This document shows, piece by piece, positions 22,404 through 31,648 of a stretch of 64,000 nucleotides of DNA (its first letter is position 1; each line of letters begins with the position of its first letter). Origin of the DNA: Flavobacteriaceae bacterium. GTDB lineage: Bacteria > Bacteroidota > Bacteroidia > Flavobacteriales > Flavobacteriaceae. The DNA is taken from positions 75,570-139,569 of the forward strand of contig JABXHN010000002.1 of NCBI GenBank assembly GCA_013373635.1. The letters run 5' to 3'. The translations under genes were made by a program, and so were the position numbers. The notes beneath the pieces are model-generated. The model worked only from the letters and a program-made list of their open reading frames with translations, was not told the origin of the DNA and searched no databases.

Positions 22404-23672
22404 ATGGAGAATACCGACCAAATAAAAACAAATAGGTCTCATGTAAAGCCTTTTTTGTTTTTGAATTTTTTCTTATTTGCAATGCTACTGAATTCAGTGG
22501 GTATTGTGATACTTAAAGCTCAAAAGGTATATGGTGTCAATCCATTGCAAGCTAGTGCTATTGAAGCATTTAAAGACCTACCTATTGCTATTGCAGCATT
22601 TGTGGTTGCATCTATTATTTCAAGGATTGGCTATAAAACATCAATGTTATTTGCCTTAGGGTTAATCACACTGTCTCAATTATTGTTTTATTACGGTAAT
22701 AATTACTATTTCGTTTTAGTGCTTTTTGCGAGTATTGGATTTAGTTTTGCCCTGATAAAAATCTCTGTTTATACCCTCATAGGATTAGTGTCTGAAACCA
22801 AAAACGAACATGCTTCACTTCTTTCATGGGTAGAAGCGATCTTTAGTTTTGGAGTTGTATTTATGTTTTTGTTTTTTCCGTTTTTTAACAACCCAGAGAT
22901 TGAAGATGCTTGGCTCAACGCCTATTTAGTGTTGTCACTGCTCTCTATTATGTTGTTTTTCTGGTTATTGGTAACCCCATTTAATTTAAAAACTCCTCAA
23001 ATCGACACTTCATACCTCAAAGAATTTAAGCGTTTTGTGATCTTAAATAGAAATATAGTTGTGGTCGTCTTTTTGCTTTCTACCTTCTTTTTTGTCGCTA
23101 TTGAACAGGGTGTGATGAGTTGGTTACCGACCTTTAATAATCTAGGGGCTCAATTGCAGGAAAACTTGGCCATTTTGACTGCTGGTTCGTTTACACTTTC
23201 AATTGCTATTGGTAGAGTTATCAACTCTTTTATTGTAAAGAGATACAACCCATTTACAATTTTATTCAGCTGTATTATCTTAGCTGAATTTATTATATAC
23301 TATGGTATACCAGTCACATTAAGTGTTGATCTAGAAGGTGTTAATTCATTGTTAGATGTTCCACTGAAATTTTACACATTTTCATTGGTCGGTTTATTTT
23401 TAGCTCCTATCTATCCTAATTTAAACTCAGTGATTTTGTCTTCAACTCCTATTAGTTTACACTCTCATATGACTGGATTGATTATCATTTTTTCAGCTGT
23501 AGGAGGGACTCTTGGATCAAGATTTGTGGGTTATTTAACTAATGAATATGGAGTGATTTATGCATTTGATAGAATGTTTATCCCTATTGCGATGCTTTTT
23601 CTTTGTGTTCTAATGTTAAAAGTATTGACTACCGATACCGATGATATTACAGAAGAATACAATTTTGAATAA
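22404..23672 (+). CDS. MFS transporter (paralog 1)
   Basis: 12-TM-like hydrophobic profile. Clear paralog of 24154..25368 (for example LLNSVGIVILKAQKVYGV / FKDLPIAI / SVILS..P..LHSHM.GLIIIFSA.GGTLGSR). The ATG at 22404 is preferred. Confidence 0.8.
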   Translation: MENTDQIKTNRSHVKPFLFLNFFLFAMLLNSVGIVILKAQKVYGVNPLQASAIEAFKDLPIAIAAFVVASIISRIGYKTSMLFALGLITLSQLLFYYGNNYYFVLVLFASIGFSFALIKISVYTLIGLVSETKNEHASLLSWVEAIFSFGVVFMFLFFPFFNNPEIEDAWLNAYLVLSLLSIMLFFWLLVTPFNLKTPQIDTSYLKEFKRFVILNRNIVVVVFLLSTFFFVAIEQGVMSWLPTFNNLGAQLQENLAILTAGSFTLSIAIGRVINSFIVKRYNPFTILFSCIILAEFIIYYGIPVTLSVDLEGVNSLLDVPLKFYTFSLVGLFLAPIYPNLNSVILSSTPISLHSHMTGLIIIFSAVGGTLGSRFVGYLTNEYGVIYAFDRMFIPIAMLFLCVLMLKVLTTDTDDITEEYNFE

Positions 23673-23691
23673 ATAGTCTTATTTTTACCTC

Positions 23692-24108
23692 ATGAAAATT
23701 CTTATACTAAATGGTCCTAATATTAATTTATTAGGAAAAAGGGAACCTGGGATCTACGGAAATGAAACTTTTGATTCGTTCTTTGAGAAACTTTCAAAAG
23801 AGTTTGGATCTGTTTCACTAGAGCACTTTCAATCTAATATTGAAGGAGAACTCATCGATAAGATTCAAGAGGTTGGATTTTCTTATGATGGGATTATTCT
23901 AAATGCAGGAGCCTATACACATACTTCTATAGGAATAGGTGATGCTATTAAAGCTATCACTACTCCAGTTGTTGAAGTACATATTTCAAATACCTTTTCA
24001 AGAGAGTCTTTTAGGCATCAATCGTATATATCTCCTGTTGCTAAAGGTGTAGTTTTAGGTTTTGGACTTGAAAGTTACCGTTTAGCCCTTCTTAGTTTTA
24101 CTAGCTGA
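23692..24108 (+). CDS. aroQ: Type II 3-dehydroquinate dehydratase
   Basis: ILILNGPNINLLGKREPGIYG, ..NAGAYTHTSIGIGDA.. and VEVHISN. Confidence 0.95.
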   Translation: MKILILNGPNINLLGKREPGIYGNETFDSFFEKLSKEFGSVSLEHFQSNIEGELIDKIQEVGFSYDGIILNAGAYTHTSIGIGDAIKAITTPVVEVHISNTFSRESFRHQSYISPVAKGVVLGFGLESYRLALLSFTS

Positions 24109-24153
24109 TTTAAAAGTTTTATATTTAGAACAACTAAACTAAACTAACATATT

Positions 24154-25368
24154 ATGAAAGCTATTGCTGTCAAAGCATCGCTATTCATCAATTATTTCGT
24201 ATTTGCCATTCTGCTTAATTCAGTAGGTATTGTGATTTTAAAATCACAAAAAGTATACGGTGTTGATGAAGTAGCTGCCAGTACCCTTGAACTCTTTAAG
24301 GATCTCCCCATTGCCATTATCTCTTTTTTAGTAGCATCATTTTTGCCTAAAATAGGTTATAAAAAATCCATGCTTATTGCTTTGTTACTAGTATCAGTGG
24401 CCTGTATTGGAATGTATTTTGGAAATTCATTTGTGTGGGCTAAAGTGCTTTTTGCTTCAGTAGGAGCTTCTTTTGCACTGATTAAAGTATCAGTATACGC
24501 CTCAGTAGGTTTGGTGACCCAAAACGAAAAGCAACACAATAGTTTAATGAGTACTATTGAAGGGGTGTTTATGTTTGGTATCGCTTTGGCATATTTCTTA
24601 TTTCCAGCCTTTAATTCAGCGACAGACGAAAATGCTTGGCTCAATGTTTACTGGCTATTAGCAGCACTTTCTTTGGTGTCATTTTTATTTTTGCTCTATG
24701 CTCCATTCGATAAACCAGTTGTAGAAGACGGTGACTCGAATATACTAGATGATTTTTCATCTATGTTTAAATTGATTGCTCAATTGCTTGTTATCGTCTT
24801 TGTCATCGCTGCATTTTTATTTGTGATGATCGAACAAGGAATTATGACCTGGCTTCCCACCTTTAACGATCGTGTATTAGAGCTTCCCGAAAATTTAGCA
24901 ATCATGATGGCGAGTATTTTAGCTGTTTCTCTGGGGATTGGTCGTTTGTTAGCTGGTTTTTTATCCAATTATTTCAATTGGGTATGGATTCTAGTAGTCT
25001 GTTTGTTAGCAGCGATGATCATGGTTTATTTTGTGCTGCCTATGGCTGTTGAATCTAAGATTAGCGGAGTAGAAACACTGTCAGATATTCCTCTCTTGGG
25101 TTATGCTTTTCCGATAGTAGGCTTGTTTATCGCACCAATCTATCCTTTATTGAATTCTGTAATCTTAAGTGCGCTTCCTAAGTCACTGCATTCTCATATG
25201 TCTGGATTGATCATTATTTTTTCAGCCATTGGAGGAACCTTAGGTTCTCGTTTAATAGGAATATTATTTAAAGAAGTTGGAGCTGCAGAAGCTTTTAGCT
25301 ATACCTTAATTCCTATGTCATTATTGCTAGTAGCGATTTTAATATTAAAAAAACTAACTGCTAAGTAA
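24154..25368 (+). CDS. MFS transporter (paralog 2)
   Basis: See paralog 1. Its stop overlaps the start of the trehalase gene (..TAATG..). Confidence 0.8.
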   Translation: MKAIAVKASLFINYFVFAILLNSVGIVILKSQKVYGVDEVAASTLELFKDLPIAIISFLVASFLPKIGYKKSMLIALLLVSVACIGMYFGNSFVWAKVLFASVGASFALIKVSVYASVGLVTQNEKQHNSLMSTIEGVFMFGIALAYFLFPAFNSATDENAWLNVYWLLAALSLVSFLFLLYAPFDKPVVEDGDSNILDDFSSMFKLIAQLLVIVFVIAAFLFVMIEQGIMTWLPTFNDRVLELPENLAIMMASILAVSLGIGRLLAGFLSNYFNWVWILVVCLLAAMIMVYFVLPMAVESKISGVETLSDIPLLGYAFPIVGLFIAPIYPLLNSVILSALPKSLHSHMSGLIIIFSAIGGTLGSRLIGILFKEVGAAEAFSYTLIPMSLLLVAILILKKLTAK

Positions 25369-26873
25369 TGGAGGAAAAGATAGAATATACAGCTCCAGAG
25401 GAGGCATTTAAGGAGCTCTTTGTGGATTTGCAAATATCAAAGGTATTGAGTGATGACAAACAAATTTCAGATGCGATACCCTTGTCAAAACCCTCTGAAA
25501 TCTTAAATCGTTACAGGGCTCAAAAGGAAGATGGCGATTTTGATATCAAGGCATTTTTTAAAGAGAACTTTGAGGTTACAGAGGCCCCAACAACTGGATT
25601 TGAAGTAGATACTGATCGATCAATTGAAGAGCACATCAAAGCATTGTGGCCTTATCTACAGAGAGAAGCCGATCAATTAATTGAAGGAAGTTCTTTGATA
25701 CCGCTTCAATACCCCTATATAGTTCCCGGTGGTCGTTTTAATGAAATTTACTATTGGGACAGTTTTTTTACCATGCTTGGTCTAAAGATTCATGGAGAAG
25801 TTGATGCTATTGAAAATATGATCAAGAACTTTGCCTGGATGATTAATCATATTGGTTTTATTCCCAATGGAAATAGAACTTACTTCTTAGGAAGATCTCA
25901 ACCTCCCTATTTTTCACTGATGGTGTGTTTGTTAGCAAATACTAAAGGAGATTCCATACTCAGTGATTATTTAAACGAATTAGAATTGGAGTACGGGTTT
26001 TGGATGAATGCAGCTGCTGAAAGTGAATCTCATCTCATATCGTATAAAGGAGTTTCTCTCAATCGTTATTACGACAGAAATGAGGGGCCAAGGCCAGAAA
26101 TGTATGCGACTGATGTCGAAGATTATGAAAAGTTTGGAAAACCTGATAACTATTACAAACATTTAAGAGCAGCCTGTGAATCGGGATGGGATTTCAGTTG
26201 TCGTTGGTTTAAAGACCCAATGGATTTGGGATCAATTAATACTTTAAACATACTTCCTGTTGACCTCAATTGTTTGCTGTTGTATCTTGAGCGAACTATT
26301 GCTCGAGCCTATGATTATAGAGATGAGAAGCAAAAGTCTGAAATCTGGTACAACAGGGCTTCTAAAAGGGAAGAAGCCATTCAAAATTTATTTTGGAATC
26401 CTGAACAAAACTATTTTAACGATATCAATTTTGTAGATGAGAAACACACTGGGGTCCGATCCTTAGCTGGCTTATTTCCTCTTTATTTTAGATGCGCTAC
26501 TAAAAAGCAAGCCAAGGCTTGTGCAAAGGTCATTGAAGAATACTTCTTAAAAGACGGTGGTTTAGTCTCAACTCCATTAGATACAGGACAACAATGGGAT
26601 GCTCCAAACGGATGGGCTCCGCTGCAGTACATAAGTGTTATTGGTCTCAGAAATTACGGTTTTGACGATTTAGCTAATGAGATAATCAATCGTTGGATTG
26701 CGTCCAATAGAGCTATTTATAAAAATACTGGAAAAATGCTCGAAAAGTATAATGTAGTAGATGTCGATCAACTCTCAGGAGGAGGGGAGTATCTGGTACA
26801 AGATGGATTTGGATGGACCAATGGGGTCTATTTAGTGTTTAAACGACTCCAAAAAGAGTTGATTGGAATGTAA
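25368..26873 (+). CDS. Trehalase (glycoside hydrolase family 37), no signal peptide
   Basis: GH37 signatures PGGRFNEIYYWDSFF and QWDAPNGWAPLQ. The N-terminus MEEKIEYTAPEE is not signal-like. Confidence 0.9.
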   Translation: MEEKIEYTAPEEAFKELFVDLQISKVLSDDKQISDAIPLSKPSEILNRYRAQKEDGDFDIKAFFKENFEVTEAPTTGFEVDTDRSIEEHIKALWPYLQREADQLIEGSSLIPLQYPYIVPGGRFNEIYYWDSFFTMLGLKIHGEVDAIENMIKNFAWMINHIGFIPNGNRTYFLGRSQPPYFSLMVCLLANTKGDSILSDYLNELELEYGFWMNAAAESESHLISYKGVSLNRYYDRNEGPRPEMYATDVEDYEKFGKPDNYYKHLRAACESGWDFSCRWFKDPMDLGSINTLNILPVDLNCLLLYLERTIARAYDYRDEKQKSEIWYNRASKREEAIQNLFWNPEQNYFNDINFVDEKHTGVRSLAGLFPLYFRCATKKQAKACAKVIEEYFLKDGGLVSTPLDTGQQWDAPNGWAPLQYISVIGLRNYGFDDLANEIINRWIASNRAIYKNTGKMLEKYNVVDVDQLSGGGEYLVQDGFGWTNGVYLVFKRLQKELIGM

Positions 26874-26879
26874 GTAAAC

Positions 26880-26914
26880 AATAAACCCCTCAGTTGAGGG
26901 GTTTATTATTTTTA
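26880..26914. terminator. Bidirectional intrinsic terminator (trehalase / lpdA convergent pair)
   Basis: AATAAACCCCTCA-GT-TGAGGGGTTTATT hairpin followed by a T-run. Confidence 0.8.
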
Positions 26915-26934
26915 TTATTTCTAAAGTATTCTTC

Positions 26935-28326
26935 TTATAAGTGAATCACCTCATCATAAGCAGCCGCAACTGCTTCCATTACTGCTTCACTCATTGTTGG
27001 GTGTGGATGAATTGCTTTTAAAATTTCATGACCGGTTGTTTCTAATTTTCTTGCAACAACAGCTTCTGCAATCATATCGGTTACTCCAGCACCAATCATA
27101 TGGCATCCTAACCATTCACCGTATTTGGCATCAAAAATAACTTTTACAAAACCATCTGAATTTCCACCTGCTTGTGCTTTACCTGAAGCAGAGAAAGGAA
27201 ACTTACCAACTTTAATATCGTATCCCTTTTCTTTTGCTTGTTTTTCAGTAAGACCAACAGATGCAATTTCAGGAGTACAATACGTACAACCTGGAATGTT
27301 TCCGTAATCGATTGGATGAACATTCATCTTAGCAATTTTCTCAACACAGAGAATTCCCTCAGCAGAAGCGACGTGAGCTAAAGCTGGCCCAGGAGTAACA
27401 TCTCCAATAGCATAATATCCAGGGATATTTGTTTGGTAGAAGTCATTGACTAAGATCTTGTCTCTATCTGTAGCAATACCGACATTTTCAAGTCCGATAT
27501 TTTCAATATTTGTTTTGATACCAACAGCAGAAAGCACTATATCAGCTTTGATTACTTCTTCTCCTTTTGCTGTTTTAACAGTAACACTTACTCCTTTACC
27601 AGAAGTATCTACTTTTGTAACTTCAGAAGAAGTCATTACCTTAACACCTGCTTTTTTGAAGCTTTTTTCCAATTGTTTAGATACTTCTTCGTCTTCAACA
27701 GGAACAATATTAGGTAAGTATTCTACAACTGTTACTTCGGTTCCCATTGCATTGTAGAAGTATGCGAATTCAATACCAATGGCACCACTTCCAACTACAA
27801 CTAGTTTTGAAGGTTGCTTTTCTAGAGTCATCGCTTCTCTGTATCCTATAATCTTTTTTCCGTCTTGAGGAAGTGAAGGAAGCTCTCTTGAACGAGCACC
27901 AGTAGCGACAATGATGTGATCAGCGCCGTATACGGTTTCTTTCCCCTGGGCATCTTTAACAGATACTTTCTTTCCTGGTTGAAGTGTCCCATAACCATTG
28001 ATTACAGTAATCTTGTTCTTTTTCATTAAGAATTGAACTCCTTTGCTCATTCCATCAGCAACACCTCTAGATCTTTTAACTACTGCGTCAAAATCTTTAT
28101 CGACATTGTCGGCACTAAGTCCGTAATCTTTAGCGTGATTGAGGTATTCAAACACTTGTGCTGATTTTAACAGCGCTTTTGTAGGTATACATCCCCAGTT
28201 TAAACAAACTCCACCTAGATTTTCTTTTTCAATTACAGCAGTTTTTAATCCCAGTTGAGAGGCTCTAATTGCCGTTACATATCCACCAGGACCACTACCT
28301 AAAACGATTACATCAAATTGACTCAT
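26935..28326 (-). CDS. lpdA: Dihydrolipoyl dehydrogenase
   Basis: FAD motif VLGSGPGGYVTAIRASQLG. Redox-active disulfide GGVCLNWGCIPTK. C-terminal HPHPTMSE. Confidence 0.95.
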   Translation of the reverse strand: MSQFDVIVLGSGPGGYVTAIRASQLGLKTAVIEKENLGGVCLNWGCIPTKALLKSAQVFEYLNHAKDYGLSADNVDKDFDAVVKRSRGVADGMSKGVQFLMKKNKITVINGYGTLQPGKKVSVKDAQGKETVYGADHIIVATGARSRELPSLPQDGKKIIGYREAMTLEKQPSKLVVVGSGAIGIEFAYFYNAMGTEVTVVEYLPNIVPVEDEEVSKQLEKSFKKAGVKVMTSSEVTKVDTSGKGVSVTVKTAKGEEVIKADIVLSAVGIKTNIENIGLENVGIATDRDKILVNDFYQTNIPGYYAIGDVTPGPALAHVASAEGILCVEKIAKMNVHPIDYGNIPGCTYCTPEIASVGLTEKQAKEKGYDIKVGKFPFSASGKAQAGGNSDGFVKVIFDAKYGEWLGCHMIGAGVTDMIAEAVVARKLETTGHEILKAIHPHPTMSEAVMEAVAAAYDEVIHL

Positions 28327-28358
28327 TATGTGTATTTTCTATGATTATTAAGAGGGCT

Positions 28359-28366
28359 CAAAGATA
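28359..28366 (-). promoter_or_regulatory. Candidate Bacteroidota -7 promoter element (TATCTTTG) for lpdA
   Basis: Matches TAnnTTTG about 32 nt upstream of the lpdA ATG. No clean -33 TTG at 19-nt spacing. Confidence 0.35.
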
Positions 28367-28410
28367 AGAATATTATCATTAAGATTAAACCGACAAGTTA
28401 CTTTAGCTGT

Positions 28411-28899
28411 TTATTGTTTGTCAGAAGGGATGAATTCTAGAGCTATTCCATTGATACAATGGCGCTTCCCTGTAGTATCTTTTGGACCATCGTCAAAGAC
28501 ATGACCTAAATGACCTCCGCAATTACTGCACTTTTCTTCGATTCTTGGAACTCCAATTTTATAGTCGACATCGTAAGTGATAGCACCTTCTATCTCCCTG
28601 TCAAATGAAGGCCAGCCACAACCTGCATCGAATTTGTTATCGCTCACAAAAAGAGGCGCTTTGCAGGCTTTGCATACGTAAACACCTGTTTCGGTATTGT
28701 CTAGTAAATCACTAGTATATGGACGTTCTGTAGCAGCTTCAAAGAGCACTTTATAAGCCAAAGGATCTTCAGCTTTAAATTTTTCTTTATCGATTTTCAC
28801 TAGAGGTTTTTTTAGTTCGTTTTTGTGTTGTGCCTCACAGGAACTGATAAGAACAACACTGATAATTATTATTAAGGGTATTACTTTAAATTTTATCAT
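28411..28899 (-). CDS. msrB: Peptide-methionine (R)-S-oxide reductase MsrB, lipoprotein-type signal
   Basis: Two CxxC zinc motifs (CKAC, CSNC). Catalytic RHCINGIAL. N-terminal ..VVLISSC lipobox. Confidence 0.9.
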   Translation of the reverse strand: MIKFKVIPLIIIISVVLISSCEAQHKNELKKPLVKIDKEKFKAEDPLAYKVLFEAATERPYTSDLLDNTETGVYVCKACKAPLFVSDNKFDAGCGWPSFDREIEGAITYDVDYKIGVPRIEEKCSNCGGHLGHVFDDGPKDTTGKRHCINGIALEFIPSDKQ

Positions 28900-28913
28900 T
28901 TCTAAAGTTACAA

Positions 28914-29420
28914 TTAATTTGAGAGTTGAAACACATCAGATTCGGATAGTTCTAATTGATTCATAAGCCCTGTGTAGTTTTCTGGATTAGAGACTGCAAA
29001 TTCTGCAGGGACAACTACAATGCGAAACACTTGATCTTGAGTGTAATTAGTTGGTAGTAAATTGAGATCAAAATTGGCGTCAAGAAAAATTGATACATCG
29101 TAAAAGGTATGATTGTAAGTATATTGCAATAAACCATTAGTCGTAAAGAAGTTTTGTGGAATAAGTGTCCAAACATCTTCATTGCCATTGACAACATCTT
29201 CTAATAGATACACAAATATCGCATCCGATTCGTATACAGCAACTGATTGAGGAAATTCATAGAGAACACTAAAGTTGTTAGCAGCGTTAAAGTCAGCTGT
29301 AATTTCGATGACCTTACCCAATTGGGTCACTTCTTCAATATAGGTTTCTTTTCTACAGGAGCTAAACATTAAAATAATACTTAAAGAGAGTAGTGAAGCG
29401 ATTGTTTTCATGGTCATCAT
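28914..29420 (-). CDS. Hypothetical lipoprotein
   Basis: MMTMKTIASLLSLSIILMFSSC lipoprotein signal. No recognisable domain. Start ambiguous (29411-29420). Confidence 0.5.
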   Translation of the reverse strand: MMTMKTIASLLSLSIILMFSSCRKETYIEEVTQLGKVIEITADFNAANNFSVLYEFPQSVAVYESDAIFVYLLEDVVNGNEDVWTLIPQNFFTTNGLLQYTYNHTFYDVSIFLDANFDLNLLPTNYTQDQVFRIVVVPAEFAVSNPENYTGLMNQLELSESDVFQLSN

Positions 29421-29512
29421 TTTTGAGTTATATAAATACGTTTTCAAAAAGCATACCAAAAATAAATATCTTGAATTCATTTTAATAGAAATAAGTTAGT
29501 TATTTTAGGCAT

Positions 29513-30847
29513 ATGAAAGAAAGAACATTGGCAAAGGGGGATAAGAAGCTATTGTTTGCTTGGGCTTTTTATGACTGGGCAAATTCAGTTTTTAACCTCG
29601 TAATTACAACCGCAATTTTTCCAATTTTTTACGGTGTACTCTTTAGAACTGCAGGAATTGAGTCTGTTGAAGTATTTGGAATGGAAGTAGCTAGAGGACC
29701 TTTAATTTCTTATGTTACTTCGCTTGCTTTTGTCTTTGTAGCCCTATTAAATCCGCTGCTGTCAGGAATAGCAGACTACTTAGGAAATAAAAAAATGTTT
29801 TTAAAAATGTTTGCCTATTTAGGGGCCTTATCCTGTATTGCCATGTATTGGTTTTCTTTAGATTATATCTACTATAGCCTAGCTTGTTATTTCTTTGGAT
29901 TAGTTGGCTTTTGGATTTCTTATGCTTTTTGTAATTCTTATTTACCCGATGTAGCTAATGAAGATCAACAAGATTGGATCAGTGCTAGAGGTTTTTCTTT
30001 GGGATATATTGGATCTGTAATTCTTTTGCTTTTTGATTTAGCGATGGTAATGAATCCAAACTGGTTTGGAATTGAAGATACGCCTTCTGATCCTGCAGCT
30101 GTCAAAGCAATGCGTTATTCCTTTGTGACTGTTGGTATTTGGTGGATTGTATTTTCTCAATATACCTTTTACTATATGCCTAAGGGAAATAAAAAAGAGG
30201 GAGAACGAGAACATTTACTTTTAAACGGAATTAAGGAATTGAGAATCGTTTATGCGAAGCTCAGTGAGAGTCCACGCTTAAAAAGTTTTCTCAATGCGTT
30301 TTTTGTTTATGGTATGGCTGTCCAAACCATTATGCTTGTCGCTGCTTTTTACGGAGAGGAAAAGATTGCTTGGGGATCTGATGAAATGCGAACAACGGGA
30401 CTAATTATCAGTATGCTAGTCATTCAATTGGTAGCAATTATCGGTGCAACACTTACCGCTAAAGCATCTTCTCGATACGGTAATATTCCAGTATTGATAC
30501 TCATCAATATTATTTGGATCTGTATCTGTATATACGCCTTCTTTATGGAAACGCCAACAGAATTTTATACAGCTGCAGGATTTGTAGGGATGGTAATGGG
30601 TGGAATTCAAGCTTTATCGCGATCTACTTATTCAAAGTTATTGCCTGAAACAGAGGATACGGCTTCCTATTTTAGTTTTTACGATGTAGCAGAAAAAATT
30701 GGAATCGTTATCGGAACTTTTATCTATGGAGCGATTGCTCAAATCACAGGAGACATCAAGTTTGCAATTATAATTTTAGGATTGTTCTTTATTATAGGAG
30801 CCCTCTTGTTAACCAGAGTTAACAAGAAGGCTCTATCTCTAAATTAA
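29513..30847 (+). CDS. MFS transporter, UMF1 (Atg22-like) family
   Basis: N-terminus ..LLFAWAFYDWANSVFNLVITTAIFPIFY is typical of the UMF1 family. Multi-TM profile. Confidence 0.78.
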   Translation: MKERTLAKGDKKLLFAWAFYDWANSVFNLVITTAIFPIFYGVLFRTAGIESVEVFGMEVARGPLISYVTSLAFVFVALLNPLLSGIADYLGNKKMFLKMFAYLGALSCIAMYWFSLDYIYYSLACYFFGLVGFWISYAFCNSYLPDVANEDQQDWISARGFSLGYIGSVILLLFDLAMVMNPNWFGIEDTPSDPAAVKAMRYSFVTVGIWWIVFSQYTFYYMPKGNKKEGEREHLLLNGIKELRIVYAKLSESPRLKSFLNAFFVYGMAVQTIMLVAAFYGEEKIAWGSDEMRTTGLIISMLVIQLVAIIGATLTAKASSRYGNIPVLILINIIWICICIYAFFMETPTEFYTAAGFVGMVMGGIQALSRSTYSKLLPETEDTASYFSFYDVAEKIGIVIGTFIYGAIAQITGDIKFAIIILGLFFIIGALLLTRVNKKALSLN

Positions 30848-30855
30848 TCAACTAA

Positions 30856-31632
30856 TTAGTTTTTAATCAAATCACCAGATCCAATAATTTTTGAATTTAC
30901 TTTTGGATTTCCTTTGTAGTGTACATCACCTGATCCAGCAATTCTCACTTGAAGATTGCCTGAAACACTTACTTCAGCATCAGCAGATCCAGAAATATTG
31001 ATATCAGCAGTTTTTGCATCTAAATTAAAGGCGTGAACGTCACCAGATCCTGAAATATTGACATCGATGCTCTGAGTGCTTCCCTCTAGAGTTGTTTCAC
31101 CAGAACCAGAAATTGTAACATCGATTTCAGATGCACTAACTTGAAGCTCTATATCTCCTGAACCTGCAATTGTAACATCTAATTCTGTGGTATCTACGGC
31201 TGCGTAAATATCCCCTGATCCAGATAGCGTAGTTTTGAATTTTGGACTCTCCAAACGGAATTTACTTGTAATACTACCAGATCCAGAAAGGTTCATTCCA
31301 TTGATTTCTTTTACTGGAATTGTAACTAAAATTGGAGTTTTTCTAGAAGGAATGAGCTCGATTAATCGTTTTGTTTTAACCGTAAGAGTACCATTGTCAA
31401 CAAAAACCTCGATGTTTTCTAATAGATTAGACTCTCCCTTGAGTTCAATACTACCTTCTGTTCCGCGTACTAGAGTTGCATCAAAGAAGCCTGAAATCTT
31501 AACACCGTCGTAATCTCCGACATTTCTAATGATGGTAGTCGTATCTCCATTACCTCTGATTTTTTTACCCCATTGTGCTTGCGTCGGAATGCTAATTAAG
31601 GCTATTGCAATAAGTATGACTATTTTTTTCAT
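30856..31632 (-). CDS. DUF2807 (head GIN / beta-helical) domain protein, secreted
   Basis: Signal peptide. Repeated xxSGSGDI/V.. strands (ISGSGETT, ISGSGDVH, IAGSGDVHYKGNP, IGSGDL). Confidence 0.75.
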   Translation of the reverse strand: MKKIVILIAIALISIPTQAQWGKKIRGNGDTTTIIRNVGDYDGVKISGFFDATLVRGTEGSIELKGESNLLENIEVFVDNGTLTVKTKRLIELIPSRKTPILVTIPVKEINGMNLSGSGSITSKFRLESPKFKTTLSGSGDIYAAVDTTELDVTIAGSGDIELQVSASEIDVTISGSGETTLEGSTQSIDVNISGSGDVHAFNLDAKTADINISGSADAEVSVSGNLQVRIAGSGDVHYKGNPKVNSKIIGSGDLIKN

Positions 31633-31648
31633 GATCTATTATTTAATA

